Below are positions 18,401-37,100 of a stretch of 64,000 nt of DNA, piece by piece (the first letter of the stretch is position 1; each line of letters begins with the position of its first letter). This DNA is from Eledone cirrhosa (taxonomy: Eukaryota). A program made the position numbers and the translations under genes. Below the pieces are notes generated by a model. That model had not been told where the DNA came from. It did not search any database and saw nothing but the letters and a program-made list of their open reading frames with translations. The DNA is taken from NCBI GenBank assembly GCA_964016885.1, contig OZ024740.1, positions 440,138,001 to 440,202,000 of the forward strand. The letters run 5' to 3'.

Positions 18401-21400
18401 GACACCACATGTCTGACATCAATCTAATAACACCACAAGTCTGACATCTATATAATAACACCACATGTCTGACATCTATATAATAACATCACAAATCTGA
18501 CATCTATATAATAACACCACATGTCTGACATCTATACAATAACACCACAAGTCTGACATCTATATGATAACACCACAAGTCTGACATCTATATAATAACT
18601 CCAGATGTCTGATATCTATACAATAACACCACAAGTCTGACATATATATAATAACACCACATGTCTGACATCTATATAATAACACCACATGTGTGACATC
18701 TATATAATGACACCATATGACTGACATCTATATAATAACAACACAAGTCTGACATCTATATAATAACACCACATGTCTGACATGTATATAATAACATCAC
18801 AAGTCTGATATCTATACAATAATACCACATGTCTAACATCTATATAATAACACCACAAGTCTGATATCTATACAATAATACCACATGTCTAACATCTATA
18901 TAATAACACCATATGTCTGACATCTATACAATAAAACCACATGTCTGACATCTATATAATAACACCACATATCTGCCATCTATATAATAACACAACATGT
19001 CTGACATCTATATAATAACACCAGATATCTGACATCTATACAATAACACCACAAGTCTGCATCTATATAATAACACCAGATGTCTGAGATCTATATAATA
19101 ACACCACATTTCTGACATCTATATAATAACATCACAAATCTGACATCTATATAATAACACCACATGTCTGACATCTATACAATAACACCACAAGTCTGAC
19201 ATCTATATGATAACACCACAAGTCAGACATCTATATAATAACTCCAGATGTCTGATATCTATACAATAACACCACAAGTCTGACATATATATAATAACAC
19301 CACATGTCTGACATCTATATAATAACACCACATGTGTGACATCTATATAATGACACCACATGTCTGACATCAATCTAATAACACCACAAGCCTGACATCT
19401 ATATAATAACACCACATGTCTGACATCTATATAATAACACCAGATGTCTGACATCTATATAATAACACCACATATCTGCCATCTATATAATAACACAACA
19501 TGTCTGGCATCTATATAATAACACCACAAGTCTGACATCTACATAATAACACCACAAGTCTGACATCTATATAATAACACCACAAGTCTGATATCTATAC
19601 AATAATACCACATGTCTAACATCTATATAATAACACCACAAGTCTGATATCTATACAATAATACCACATGTCTAACATCTATATAATAACACCATATGTC
19701 TGACATCTATACAATAAAACCACATGTCTGACATCTATATAATAACACCACATATCTGCCATCTATATAATAACACAACATGTCTGACATCTATATAATA
19801 ACACCAGATATCTGACATCTATACAATAACACCACAAGTCTGCATCTATATAATAACACCAGATGTCTGAGATCTATATAATAACACCACATGTGACATC
19901 TATACAATAACACCACAAGTCTGCATCTATATAATAACACCATATGTCTGACATCTATATAATAACACCACATGTCTGACATCTATATAATAACACCACA
20001 AATCTGACATCTATATAATAACACCACATGTCTGACATCTATATAATAACACCACATGTCTGACATCTATATAATAACACCAAAAGTCTGACATCTATAC
20101 AATAACACCACATTCCTGACATCTATATAATAACACATGTCTGACATCTATATAATAACACCACATGTCTGACATCTATATAATAACACCACAAGTCTGA
20201 CATCTATATAATAACACCACGTGTCTGACATCTATATAATAACACCACAAATCTGACATCTATACATTAATACCACATGTCTGACATCTATATAATAACA
20301 CCAGATGTCTGACATCTATATAATAACACCACATGTGACATCTATATAATAACACCACATGTCTGACATCTATATAATAACACCACAAGTCTGACATCTA
20401 TATAATAACACCACATGTCTGACATCTATATAATAACACCACATGTGTGACATCTATATAATAACACCACATTTCTGACATCTATATAATAACACATGTC
20501 TGACATCTATATAATAACACCACATGTCTGACATCTATATAATAACACCACAAGTCTGACATCTATATAATAACACCACAAGTCTGACATCTATACAATA
20601 ATACCACATGTCTAACATCTATATAATAACACCACATGTCTGACATCTATATAATAACACCGCATGTGACATCTATATAATAACACCACATGTCTGACAA
20701 CTATAAATTAACACCACATGTCTGACATCTATATAATAACACCAGATGTCTGACATCTATATAATAACACCAGATGTCTGTCATCTATACAATAACACCA
20801 CAAGCCTGCATCTATATAATAACACCATATGACTGACATCTATATAATAACAACACAAGTCTGACATCTATATAATAACACCACATTTCTGACATCTATA
20901 TAATAACATCACAAATCTGACATCTATATAATAACACCACATGTCTGACATCTATACAATAACACCACAAGTCTGACATCTATATGATAACACCACAAGT
21001 CAGACATCTATATAATAACTCCAGATGTCTGATATCTATACAATAACACCACAAGTCTGACATATATATAATAACACCACATGTCTGACATCTATATAAT
21101 AACACCACATGTGTGACATCTATATAATGACACCACATGTCTGACATCAATCTAATAACACCACAAGCCTGACATCTATATAATAACACCACATGTCTGA
21201 CATCTATATAATAACACCAGATGTCTGACATCTATATAATAACACCACATATCTGCCATCTATATAATATCACAACATGTCTGGCATCTATATAATAACA
21301 CCACAAGTCTGACATCTATATAATAACACCACAAGTCTGATATCTATACAATAATACCACATGTCTAACATCTATATAATAACACCACAAGTCTGATATC

Positions 21401-24400
21401 TATACAATAATACCACATGTCTAACATCTATATAATAACACCATATGTCTGACATCTATACAATAAAACCACATGTCTGACATCTATATAATAACACCAC
21501 ATATCTGCCATCTATATAATAACACAACATGTCTGACATCTATATATTAACACCAGATGTCTGACATCTATACAATAACACCACAAGTCTGCATCTATAT
21601 AATAACACCATATGACTGACATCTATATAATAACAACACAAGTCTGACATCTACATAATAACACCACATGTCTGACATCTATATAATAACATCACAAATC
21701 TGACATCTATATAATAACACCACATGTCTGACATCTATACAATAACACCACAAGTCTGACATCTATATGATAAAACCACAAGTCTGACATCTATATAATA
21801 ACACCAGATGTCTGACATCTATATAATAACACAACATGTCTGACATCTATATAATAACACCACATGTCTGACAGCTATATAATAACACCACAAGTCTGAC
21901 ATGTATATAATAACACCGCATGTCTGATATCTATACAATAACACCACACGTCTGACATATATATAATAACACCACATGTCTGACATCTATATAATAACAC
22001 CACATGTGTGACATCTATATAATGACACCACATGTCTGACATCAATCTAATAACACCACAAGTCTGACATCTATATAATAACACCACATGTCTGACATCT
22101 ATATAATAACATCACAAATCTGACATCTATATAATAACACCACATGTCTGACATCTATACAATAACACCACAAGTCTGACATCTATATGATAACACCACA
22201 AGTCTGACATCTATATAATAACTCCAGATGTCTGATATCTATACAATAACACCACAAGTCTGACATATATATAATAACACCACATGTCTGACATCTATAT
22301 AATAACACCACATGTGTGACATCTATATAATGACACCATATGACTGACATCTATATAATAACAACACAAGTCTGACATCTATATAATAACACCACATGTC
22401 TGACATGTATATAATAACATCACAAGTCTGATATCTATACAATAATACCACATGTCTAACATCGATATAATAACACCACAAGTCTGATATCTATACAATA
22501 ATACCACATGTCTAACATCTATATAATAACACCATATGTCTGACATCTATACAATAAAACCACATGTCTGACATCTATATAATAACACCACATATCTGCC
22601 ATCTATATAATAACACAACATGTCTGACATCTATATAATAACACCAGATATCTGACATCTATACAATAACACCACAAGTCTGCATCTATATAATAACACC
22701 AGATGTCTGAGATCTATATAATAACACCACATTTCTGACATCTATATAATAACATCACAAATCTGACATCTATATAATAACACCACATGTCTGACATCTA
22801 TACAATAACACCACAAGTCTGACATCTATATGATAACACCACAAGTCAGACATCTATATAATAACTCCAGATGTCTGATATCTATACAATAACACCACAA
22901 GTCTGACATATATATAATAACACCACATGTCTGACATCTATATAATAACACCACATGTGTGACATCTATATAATGACACCACATGTCTGACATCAATCTA
23001 ATAACACCACAAGCCTGACATCTATATAATAACACCACATGTCTGACATCTATATAATAACACCAGATGTCTGACATCTATATAATAACACCACATATCT
23101 GCCATCTATATAATAACACAACATGTCTGGCATCTATATAATAACACCACAAGTCTGACATCTACATAATAACACCACAAGTCTGACATCTATATAATAA
23201 CACCACAAGTCTGATATCTATACAATAATACCACATGTCTAACATCTATATAATAACACCACAAGTCTGATATCTATACAATAATACCACATGTCTAACA
23301 TCTATATAATAACACCATATGTCTGACATCTATACAATAAAACCACATGTCTGACATCTATATAATAACACCACATATCTGCCATCTATATAATAACACA
23401 ACATGTCTGACATCTATATAATAACACCAGATATCTGACATCTATACAATAACACCACAAGTCTGCATCTATATAATAACACCAGATGTCTGAGATCTAT
23501 ATAATAACACCACATGTGACATCTATACAATAACACCACAAGTCTGCATCTATATAATAACACCATATGTCTGACATCTATATAATAACACCACATGTCT
23601 GACATCTATATAATAACACCACAAATCTGACATCTATATAATAACACCACATGTCTGACATCTATATAATAACACCACATGTCTGACATCTATATAATAA
23701 CACCAAAAGTCTGACATCTATACAATAACACCACATTCCTGACATCTATATAATAACACATGTCTGACATCTATATAATAACACCACATGTCTGACATCT
23801 ATATAATAACACCACAAGTCTGACATCTATATAATAACACCACGTGTCTGACATCTATATAATAACACCACAAATCTGACATCTATACATTAATACCACA
23901 TGTCTGACATCTATATAATAACACCAGATGTCTGACATCTATATAATAACACCACATGTGACATCTATATAATAACACCACATGTCTGACATCTATATAA
24001 TAACACCACAAGTCTGACATCTATATAATAACACCACATGTCTGACATCTATATAATAACACCACATGTGTGACATCTATATAATAACACCACATTTCTG
24101 ACATCTATATAATAACACATGTCTGACATCTATATAATAACACCACATGTCTGACATCTATATAATAACACCACAAGTCTGACATCTATATAATAACACC
24201 ACAAGTCTGACATCTATACAATAATACCACATGTCTAACATCTATATAATAACACCACATGTCTGACATCTATATAATAACACCGCATGTGACATCTATA
24301 TAATAACACCACATGTCTGACAACTATAAATTAACACCACATGTCTGACATCTATATAATAACACCAGATGTCTGACATCTATATAATAACACCAGATGT

Positions 24401-25150
24401 CTGTCATCTATACAATAACACCACAAGCCTGCATCTATATAATAACACCATATGACTGACATCTATATAATAACAACACAAGTCTGACATCTATATAATA
24501 ACACCACATTTCTGACATCTATATAATAACATCACAAATCTGACATCTATATAATAACACCACATGTCTGACATCTATACAATAACACCACAAGTCTGAC
24601 ATCTATATGATAACACCACAAGTCAGACATCTATATAATAACTCCAGATGTCTGATATCTATACAATAACACCACAAGTCTGACATATATATAATAACAC
24701 CACATGTCTGACATCTATATAATAACACCACATGTGTGACATCTATATAATGACACCACATGTCTGACATCAATCTAATAACACCACAAGCCTGACATCT
24801 ATATAATAACACCACATGTCTGACATCTATATAATAACACCAGATGTCTGACATCTATATAATAACACCACATATCTGCCATCTATATAATATCACAACA
24901 TGTCTGGCATCTATATAATAACACCACAAGTCTGACATCTATATAATAACACCACAAGTCTGATATCTATACAATAATACCACATGTCTAACATCTATAT
25001 AATAACACCACAAGTCTGATATCTATACAATAATACCACATGTCTAACATCTATATAATAACACCATATGTCTGACATCTATACAATAAAACCACATGTC
25101 TGACATCTATATAATAACACCACATATCTGCCATCTATATAATAACACAA
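15480..25150. repeat. Tandem 3623-bp higher-order repeat (1777+1846 bp, about 130 monomers), about 2.7 copies; boundaries approximate
   Basis: Marker offsets of exactly 3623: 15580/19203/22826, 16168/19791/23414, 17357/20980/24603 and 18252/21875. Confidence 0.88.
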
Positions 25151-28100
25151 CATGTCTGGCATCTATATAATAACACCAGATATCTGACATCTATACAATA
25201 ACACCACAAGTCTGCATCTATATAATAACACCAGATGTCTGAGATCTATATAATAACACCACATGTGACATCTATACAATAACACCACAAGTCTGCATCT
25301 ATATAATAACACCATATGTCTGACATCTATATAATAACACCACATGTCTGACATCTATATAATAACACCACAAATCTGACATCTATATAATAACACCACA
25401 TGTCTGACATCTATATAATAACACCACATGTCTGACATCTATATAATAACATCAAAAGTCTGACATCTATACAATAACACCACATTCCTGACATCTATAT
25501 AATAACACCAGATGTCTGACATCTATATAATAACACCACATGTGACATCTATATAATAACACCACATGTGTGACATCTATATAATAACACCACATGTCTG
25601 ACATCTATCTAATGACACCACAAGTCTGACATCTATATAATAACACCACAAGTGTGACATCTATGTAATAATACCATATGTCTGACATCTATATAATAAC
25701 ACCACATGTCTGACATCTATATAATAACACCACAAGTCTGACATCTATATAATAACACCACATGTCTGACATCTATATAATAACACCACATGTCTGACAT
25801 CTATATAATAACACCAAAAGTCTGACATCTATACAATAACACCACATTTCTGACATCTATATAATAACACATGTCTGACATCTATATAATAACACCACAT
25901 GTCTGACATCTATATAATAACACCACAAGTCTGACATCTATATAATAACACCACAAGTCTGACATCTATACAATAATACCACATGTCTAACATCTATATA
26001 ATAACACCATATGTCTGACATCTATACAATAATACCACATGTCTGACATCTATATAATAACACCACGTGTCTGATATCTATATAATAACACCACAATTCT
26101 GACATCTATATAATAACACCACATGTATGACATCTATATAATAACACAACATGTTTGACATCTATATAATAACACCAGATGTCGGACATCTATATAATAA
26201 CACAACATGTCTGACATCTATATAATAACACCACAAGTCTGACATGTATATAATAACACCGCATGTCTGACATCTATATAATAACACCACAAGTCTGACA
26301 TCTATATAATAACACCACATGTGTGACATTTATATAATAACACCACATGTCTGACATATATATATAATAACACCACATGTCTGACATCTATATAATAACA
26401 CCTCAAGTCTGACATCTATACAATAATACCACATGTCTAACATCTATATAATATCACCATATGTCTGACATCTATACAATAATACCACATGTCTGACATC
26501 TATATAATAACACCAGATGCCTGATATCTATATAATAACACCACATGTGACATCTATATAATAACACCACAAGTCTGACATCTATATAATAACACCACAA
26601 GTCTGACATCTATACATTAATACCACATGTCTGACATCTATATAATAACACCAGATGTCTGACATCTATATAATAACACCACATGTGACATCTATATAAT
26701 AACACCACATGTCTGACATCTATATAATAACACCACAAGTCTGACATCTATATAATAACACCACATGTCTGACATCTATATAATAACACCACATGTGTGA
26801 CATCTATATAATAACACCACATGTCTGACATCTATCTAATGACACCACAAGTCTGACATCTATATAATAACACCAAAAGTCTGACATCTATACAATAACA
26901 CCACATTTCTGACATCTATATAATAACACATGTCTGACATCTATATAATAACACCACATGTCTGACATCTATATAATAACACCACATGTCTGACATCTAT
27001 ATAATAACACCACAAGTCTGACATCTATACAATAATACCACATGTCTAACATCTATATAATAACACCACATGTCTGACATCTATATAATAACACCGCATG
27101 TGACATCTATATAATAACACCACATGTCTGACAACTATAAATTAACACCACATGTCTGACATCTATATAATAACACCAGATGTCTGACATCTATATAATA
27201 ACACCAGATGTCTGTCATCTATACAATAACACCACAAGCCTGCATCTATATAATAACACCATATGACTGACATCTATATAATAACAACACAAGTCTGACA
27301 TCTATATAATAACACCACATTTCTGACATCTATATAATAACATCACAAATCTGACATCTATATAATAACACCACATGTCTGACATCTATACAATAACACC
27401 ACAAGTCTGACATCTATATGATAACACCACAAGTCAGACATCTATATAATAACTCCAGATGTCTGATATCTATACAATAACACCACAAGTCTGACATATA
27501 TATAATAACACCACATGTCTGACATCTATATAATAACACCACATGTGTGACATCTATATAATGACACCACATGTCTGACATCAATCTAATAACACCACAA
27601 GCCTGACATCTATATAATAACACCACATGTCTGACATCTATATAATAACACCAGATGTCTGACATCTATATAATAACACCACATATCTGCCATCTATATA
27701 ATATCACAACATGTCTGGCATCTATATAATAACACCACAAGTCTGACATCTATATAATAACACCACAAGTCTGATATCTATACAATAATACCACATGTCT
27801 AACATCTATATAATAACACCACAAGTCTGATATCTATACAATAATACCACATGTCTAACATCTATATAATAACACCATATGTCTGACATCTATACAATAA
27901 AACCACATGTCTGACATCTATATAATAACACCACATATCTGCCATCTATATAATAACACAACATGTCTGGCATCTATATAATAACACCAGATATCTGACA
28001 TCTATACAATAACACCACAAGTCTGCATCTATATAATAACACCAGATGTCTGAGATCTATATAATAACACCACATGTGACATCTATACAATAACACCACA

Positions 28101-31100
28101 AGTCTGCATCTATATAATAACACCATATGTCTGACATCTATATAATAACACCACATGTCTGACATCTATATAATAACACCACAAATCTGACATCTATATA
28201 ATAACACCACATGTCTGACATCTATATAATAACACCACATGTCTGACATCTATATAATAACATCAAAAGTCTGACATCTATACAATAACACCACATTCCT
28301 GACATCTATATAATAACACCAGATGTCTGACATCTATATAATAACACCACATGTGACATCTATATAATAACACCACATGTGTGACATCTATATAATAACA
28401 CCACATGTCTGACATCTATCTAATGACACCACAAGTCTGACATCTATATAATAACACCACAAGTGTGACATCTATATAATAATACCATATGTCTGACATC
28501 TATATAATAACACCACATGTCTGACATCTATATAATAACACCACAAGTCTGACATCTATATAATAACACCACATGTCTGACATCTATATAATAACACCAC
28601 ATGTCTGACATCTATATAATAACACCAAAAGTCTGACATCTATACAATAACACCACATTTCTGACATCTATATAATAACACATGTCTGACATCTATATAA
28701 TAACACCACATGTCTGACATCTATATAATAACACCACAAGTCTGACATCTATATAATAACACCACAAGTCTGACATCTATACAATAATACCACATGTCTA
28801 ACATCTATATAATAACACCATATGTCTGACATCTATACAATAATACCACATGTCTGACATCTATATAATAACACCACGTGTCTGATATCTATATAATAAC
28901 ACCACAATTCTGACATCTATATAATAACACCACATGTATGACATCTATATAATAACACAACATGTTTGACATCTATATAATAACACCAGATGTCGGACAT
29001 CTATATAATAACACAACATGTCTGACATCTATATAATAACACCACAAGTCTGACATGTATATAATAACACCGCATGTCTGACATCTATATAATAACACCA
29101 CAAGTCTGACATCTATATAATAACACCACATGTGTGACATTTATATAATAACACCACATGTCTGACATATATATATAATAACACCACATGTCTGACATCT
29201 ATATAATAACACCTCAAGTCTGACATCTATACAATAATACCACATGTCTAACATCTATATAATATCACCATATGTCTGACATCTATACAATAATACCACA
29301 TGTCTGACATCTATATAATAACACCAGATGCCTGATATCTATATAATAACACCACATGTGACATCTATATAATAACACCACAAGTCTGACATCTATATAA
29401 TAACACCACAAGTCTGACATCTATACATTAATACCACATGTCTGACATCTATATAATAACACCAGATGTCTGACATCTATATAATAACACCACATGTGAC
29501 ATCTATATAATAACACCACATGTCTGACATCTATATAATAACACCACAAGTCTGACATCTATATAATAACACCACATGTCTGACATCTATATAATAACAC
29601 CACATGTGTGACATCTATATAGTAACACCACATGTCTGACATCTATCTAATGACACCACAAGTCTGACATCTATATAATAACACCAAAAGTCTGACATCT
29701 ATACAATAACACCACATTTCTGACATCTATATAATAACACATGTCTGACATCTATATAATAACACCACATGTCTGACATCTATATAATAACACCACATGT
29801 CTGACATCTATATAATAACACCACAAGTCTGACATCTATACAATAATACCACATGTCTAACATCTATATAATAACACCACATGTCTGACATCTATATAAT
29901 AACACCGCATGTGACATCTATATAATAACACCACATGTCTGACAACTATAAATTAACACCACATGTCTGACATCTATATAATAACACCACAAGTCTGACA
30001 TCTATATAATAACACCAGATGTCTGACATCTATATAATAACACCAGATGTCTGACATCTATACAATAACACCACAAGTCTGCATCTATATAATAACACCA
30101 CATGTCTGACATCCATATAATAACACCACAAGTCTGACATCTATATAATAACACCACAAGTCTGACATCTATATAATAAAAGCACAAGTCTGACATCTAT
30201 ATAATAACACCACGTGTCTGATATCTATATAATAACACCACAATTCTGACATCTATATAATAACACCACATGTCTGACATCTATATAATAACACCAGATG
30301 TCTGACATCTATATCATAACACAACATGTCTGACATGTATATAATAACACCACATGTCTGACAGCTATATAATAACACCACAAGTCTGACATCTATATAA
30401 TAACACCACATGTGTGATATTTATATAATAACACCACATGTCTGACATATATATAATAACACCACAAGTCTGACATCTATACAATAATACCACATGTCTA
30501 ACATCTATATAATAACACCACATGTCTGACATCTATATAATAACACCGCATGTGACATCTATATAATAACACCACATGTCTGACAACTATAAATTAACAC
30601 CACATGTCTGACATCTATATAATAACACCACAAGTCTGACATCTATATAATAACACCAGATGTCTGACATCTATATAATAACACCAGATGTCTGACATCT
30701 ATACAATAACACCACAAGTCTGCATCTATATAATAACACCATATGACTGACATCTGTATAATAACAACACAAGTCTGACATCTATATAATAACACCACAT
30801 GTCTGACATCTATATAATAACATCACAAATCTGACATCTATATAATAACACCACATGTCTGACATCTATACAATAACACCACAAGTCTGACATCTATATG
30901 ATAACACCACAAGTCAGACATCTATATAATAACTCCAGATGTCTGATATCTATACAATAACACCACAAGTCTGACATATATATAATAACACCACATGTCT
31001 GACATCTATATAATAACACCACATGTGTGACATCTATATAATGACACCACATGTCTGACATCAATCTAATAACACCACAAGCCTGACATCTATATAATAA

Positions 31101-34100
31101 CACCACATGTCTGACATCTATATAATAACACCAGATGACTGACATCTATATAATAACACCACATATCTGCCATCTATATAATAACACAACATGTCTGGCA
31201 TCTATATAATAACACCACAAGTCTGACATCTATATAATAACACCACAAGTCTGACATCTATATAATAACACCACAAGTCTGATATCTATACAATAATACC
31301 ACATGTCTAACATCTATATAATAACACCACAGGTCTGATATCTATACAATAATACCACATGTCTAACATCTATATAATAACACCATATGTCTGACATCTA
31401 TACAATAAAACCACATGTCTGACATCTATATAATAACACCACATATCTGCCATCTATATAATAACACAACATGTCTGACATCTATATAATAACACCAGAT
31501 ATCTGACATCTATACAATAACACCACAAGTCTGCATCTATATAATAACACCAGATGTCTGAGATCTATATAATAACACCACATGTGACATCTATACAATA
31601 ACACCACAAGTCTGCATCTATATAATAACACCATATGTCTGACATCTATATAATAACACCACATGTCTGACATCTATATAATAACACCACAAATCTGACA
31701 TCTATATAATAACACCACATGTCTGACATCTATATAATAACACCACATGTCTGACATCTATATAATAACACCAAAAGTCTGACATCTATACAATAACACC
31801 ACATTCCTGACATCTATACAATAACACCACATTCCTGACATCTATATAATAACACATGTCTGACATCTATATAATAACACCACATGTCTGACATCTATAT
31901 AATAACACCACAAGTCTGACATCTATATAATAACACCACGTGTCTGACATCTATATAATAACACCGCATGTGACATCTATATAATAACACCACATGTCTG
32001 ACAACTATAAATTAACACCACATGTCTGACATCTATATAATAACACCACAAATCTGACATCTATATAATAACAGCACAAGTCTGATATCTATATAATAAC
32101 ACCACGTGTTTGATATCTATATAATAACACCACAATTCTGACATCTATATAATAACACCACATGTCTGACATCTATATAATAACACCACATGTATGACAT
32201 CTATATAATAACACAACATGTTTGACATCTATATAATAACACCAGATGTCTGACATCTATATAATAACACAACATGTCTGACATCTATATAATAACACCA
32301 CATGTCTGACATCTATATAATAACACCACAAGTCTGACATGTATATAATAACACCGCATGTCTGACATCTATATAATAACACCACAAGTCTGACATCTCA
32401 ATAATAACACCACATGTGTGACATTTATATAATAACACCACATGTCTGACATATATATAATAACACCACATGTCTTACATCTATATAATAACACCACAAG
32501 CCTGACATCTACATAATAACACCACAAGTCTGACATCTATACAATAATACCAAATGTCTGACATACATATAACACCAGATGTCTGACATCTATATAATAA
32601 CACCACATGTGAAATCTATATAATAACACCACATGTCTGACATCTATATAATAACACCACATGTCTACCATCTATATAATAACACCACATGTCTGACATC
32701 TATATAATAACACCACAAGTCTGACATCTATATATTAACACCAGATGTCTGACATCTATATAATAATACCACAAGTCTGACATCTATATAATAACACCAG
32801 ATGTCTGACATCTATATAATAACACCACCTTTCTGCCATCTATATAATAACACCACATGTCTGACATCTATATAATAACACCAGATGTCTGACATCTATA
32901 TAATAACACCACATATCTGCCATCTATATAATAACACAACATGTCTGACATCTATATAATAACACCAGATGTCTGACATCTATACAATAACACCACAAGT
33001 CTGCATCTATATAATAACACCATATGACTGACATCTATATAATAACACCACATGTGACATCTATATAATAACACCACATGTCTGACATCTATATAATAAC
33101 ACCACAAGTCTGACATCTATATAATAACACCACATGTCTGACATCTATATAATAACACCACATGTGTGACATATATATAATAACACCACATGTCTGACAT
33201 CTATATAATAACACCACATGTGTGACATCTATATAATGACACCACATGTCTGACATCAATCTAATAACACCACAAGTCTGACATCTATATAATAACACCA
33301 CATTTCAGACATCTATATAATAACACCAGATGTCTGACATCTATATAATAACACCACATATCTGCCATCTATATAATAACACAACATGTCTGACATCTAT
33401 ATTTTAACACCAGATGTCTGACATCTATACAATAACACCACAAGTCTGCATCTATATAATAACACCATATGACTGACATCTATATAATAACAACACAAGT
33501 CTGACATCTACATAATAACACCACATGTCTGACATCTATATAATAACATCACAAATCTGACATCTATATAATAACACCACATGTCTGACATCTATACAAT
33601 AACACCACAAGTCTGACATCTATATGATAAAACCACAAGTCTGACATCTATATAATAACACCAGATGTCTGACATCTATATCATAACACAACATGTCTGA
33701 CATCTATATAATAACACCACATGTCTGACAGCTATGTAATAACACCACAAGTCTGACATGTATATAATAACACCGCATGTCTGATATCTATACAATAACA
33801 CCACACGTCTGACATATATATAATAACACCACGTGTCTGACATCTATATAATAACACCACATGTGTGACATCTATATAATGACACCACATGTCTGACATC
33901 AATCTAATAACACCAGAAGTCTGACATCTATATAATAACACCACATGTCTGACATCTATATAATAACATCACAAATCTGACATCTATATAATAACACCAC
34001 ATGTCTGACATCTATACAGTAACACCACAAGTCTGACATCTATATGATAACACCACAAGTCTGACATCTATATAATAACTCCAGATGTCTGATATCTATA

Positions 34101-37100
34101 CAATAACACCACAAGTCTGACATATATATAATAACACCACATGTCTGACATCTATATAATAACACCACATGTGTGACATCTATATAATGACACCACATGT
34201 CTGACATCAATCTAATAACACCACAAGCCTGACATCTATATAATAACACCACATGTCTGACATCTATATAATAACACCAGATGTCTGACATCTATATAAT
34301 AACACCACATATCTGCCATCTATATAATAACACAACATGTCTGGTATCTATATAATAACACCACAAGTCTGACATCTATATAATAACACCACAAGTCTGG
34401 GATCTATATAATAACACCACAAGTCTGATATCTATACAATAATACCACATGTCTAACATCTATATAATAACACCACAAGTCTGATATCTATACAATAATA
34501 CCACATGTCTAACATCTATATAATAACACCATATGTCTGACATCTATACAATAAAACCACATGTCTGACATCTATATAATAACACCACATATCTGCCATC
34601 TATATAATAACACAACATGTCTGACATCTATATAATAACACCAGATATCTGACATCTATACAATAACACCACAAGTCTGCATCTATATAATAACACCAGA
34701 TGTCTGACATCTATATAATAACACCACATGTGACATCTATACAATAACACCACAAGTCTGCTTCTATATAATAACACCATATGTCTGACATCTATATAAT
34801 AACACCACATGTCTGACATCTATATAATAACACCACAAGTCTGACATCTATATAATAACACCACATGTCTGACATCTATATAATAACACCACATGTCTGA
34901 CATCTATATAATAACACCAAAATCTGACATCTATACAATAACACCACATTCCTGACATCTATATAATAACACATGTCTGACATCTATATAATAACACCAC
35001 ATGTCTGACATCTATATAATAACACCACAAGTCTGACATCTATATAATAACACCACAAGTCTGACATCTATACAATAATACCACATGTCTAACATCTATA
35101 TAATAACACCATATGTCTGACATCTATACAATAATACCACATGTCTGACATCTATATAATAACACCACGTGTCTGACATCTATATAATAACACCGTATGT
35201 GACATCTATATAATAACACCACATGTCTGACAACTATAAATTAACACCACATGTCTGACATCTATATAATAACACCACAAATCTGACATCTATATAATAA
35301 CACGACAAGTCTGACATCTATATAATAACAGCACAAGTCTGACATCTATATAATAACACCACGTGTTTGATATCTATATAATAACACCACAATTCTGACA
35401 TCTATATAATAACACCACATGTCTGACATCTATATAATAACACCACATGTATGACATCTATATAATAACACAACATGTTTGACATCTATATAATAATACC
35501 AGATGTCTGACATCTATATACTAACACAACATGTCTGACATCTATATAATAACACCACATGTCTGACATCTATATAATAACACCACAAGTCTGACATGTA
35601 TATAATAACACCGCATGTCTGACATCTATATAATAACACCACATGTGTGACATTTATATAATAACACCACATGTCTGACATATATATTGTAACACCACAT
35701 GTCTTACATCTATATAATAACACCACAAGACTGACATCTACATAATAACACCACAAGTCTGACATCTATACAATAATACCAGATGTCTGACATATATATA
35801 ACACCAGATGTCTGACATCTATATAATAACACCACATGTGACATCTATATAATAACACCACATGTCTGACATCTATATAATAACACCACATGTCTACCAT
35901 CTATATAATAACACCACATGTCTGACATCTATATAATAACACCACAAGTCTGACATCTATATAATAACACCAGATGTCTGACATCTATATAATAATACCA
36001 CAAGTCTGACATCTATATAATAACACCAGATGTCTGACATCTATATAATAACACCACCTTTCTGCCATCTATATAATAACGCCACATGTCTGACATCTAT
36101 AATATAACACCAGATGTCTGACATCTATATAATAACACCACATATCTGCCATCTATATAATAACACAACATGTCTGACATCTATATAATAACACCAGATG
36201 TCTGACATCTATACAATAACACCACAAGTCTGCATCTATATAATAACACCATATGACTGACATCTATATAATAACACCACATGTGACATCTATATAATAA
36301 CACCACATGTCTGACATCTATATAATAACACCACAAGTCTGACATCTACATAATAACACCACATGTCTGACATCTATATAATAACACCACATGTGTGACA
36401 TATATATAATAACACCACATGTCTGACATCTATATAATAACACCACATGGGTGACATCTATATAATGACACCACATGTCTGACATCAATCTAATAACACC
36501 ACAAGTCTGACATCTATATAATAACACCACATTTCAGACATCTATATAATAACACCAGATGTCTGACATCTATATAATAACACCACATATCTGCCATCTA
36601 TATAATAACACAACATGTCTGACATCTATATATTAACACCAGATGTCTGACATCTATATAATAACACCATATGTCTGGCATCTATATAATAACACCAAAA
36701 GTCTGACATCTATACAATAACACCACATTTCTGACATCTATATAATAACACATGTCTGACATCTATATAATAACACCACATGTCTGACATCTATATAATA
36801 ACACCACAAGTCTGACATCTATATAATAACACCACAAGTCTGACATCTATACACTAATACCACATGTCTAACATCTATATAATAACACCATATGTCTGAC
36901 ATCTATACAATAATACCACATGTCTGACATCTATATAATAACACCAGATGCCTGATATCTATATAATAACACCACATGTGGCATCTATATAATAACACCA
37001 CAAGTCTGACATCTATATAATAACACCACAAATCTGACATCTATACATTAATACCACATGTCTGACATCTATATAATAACACCAGATGTCTGACATCTAT

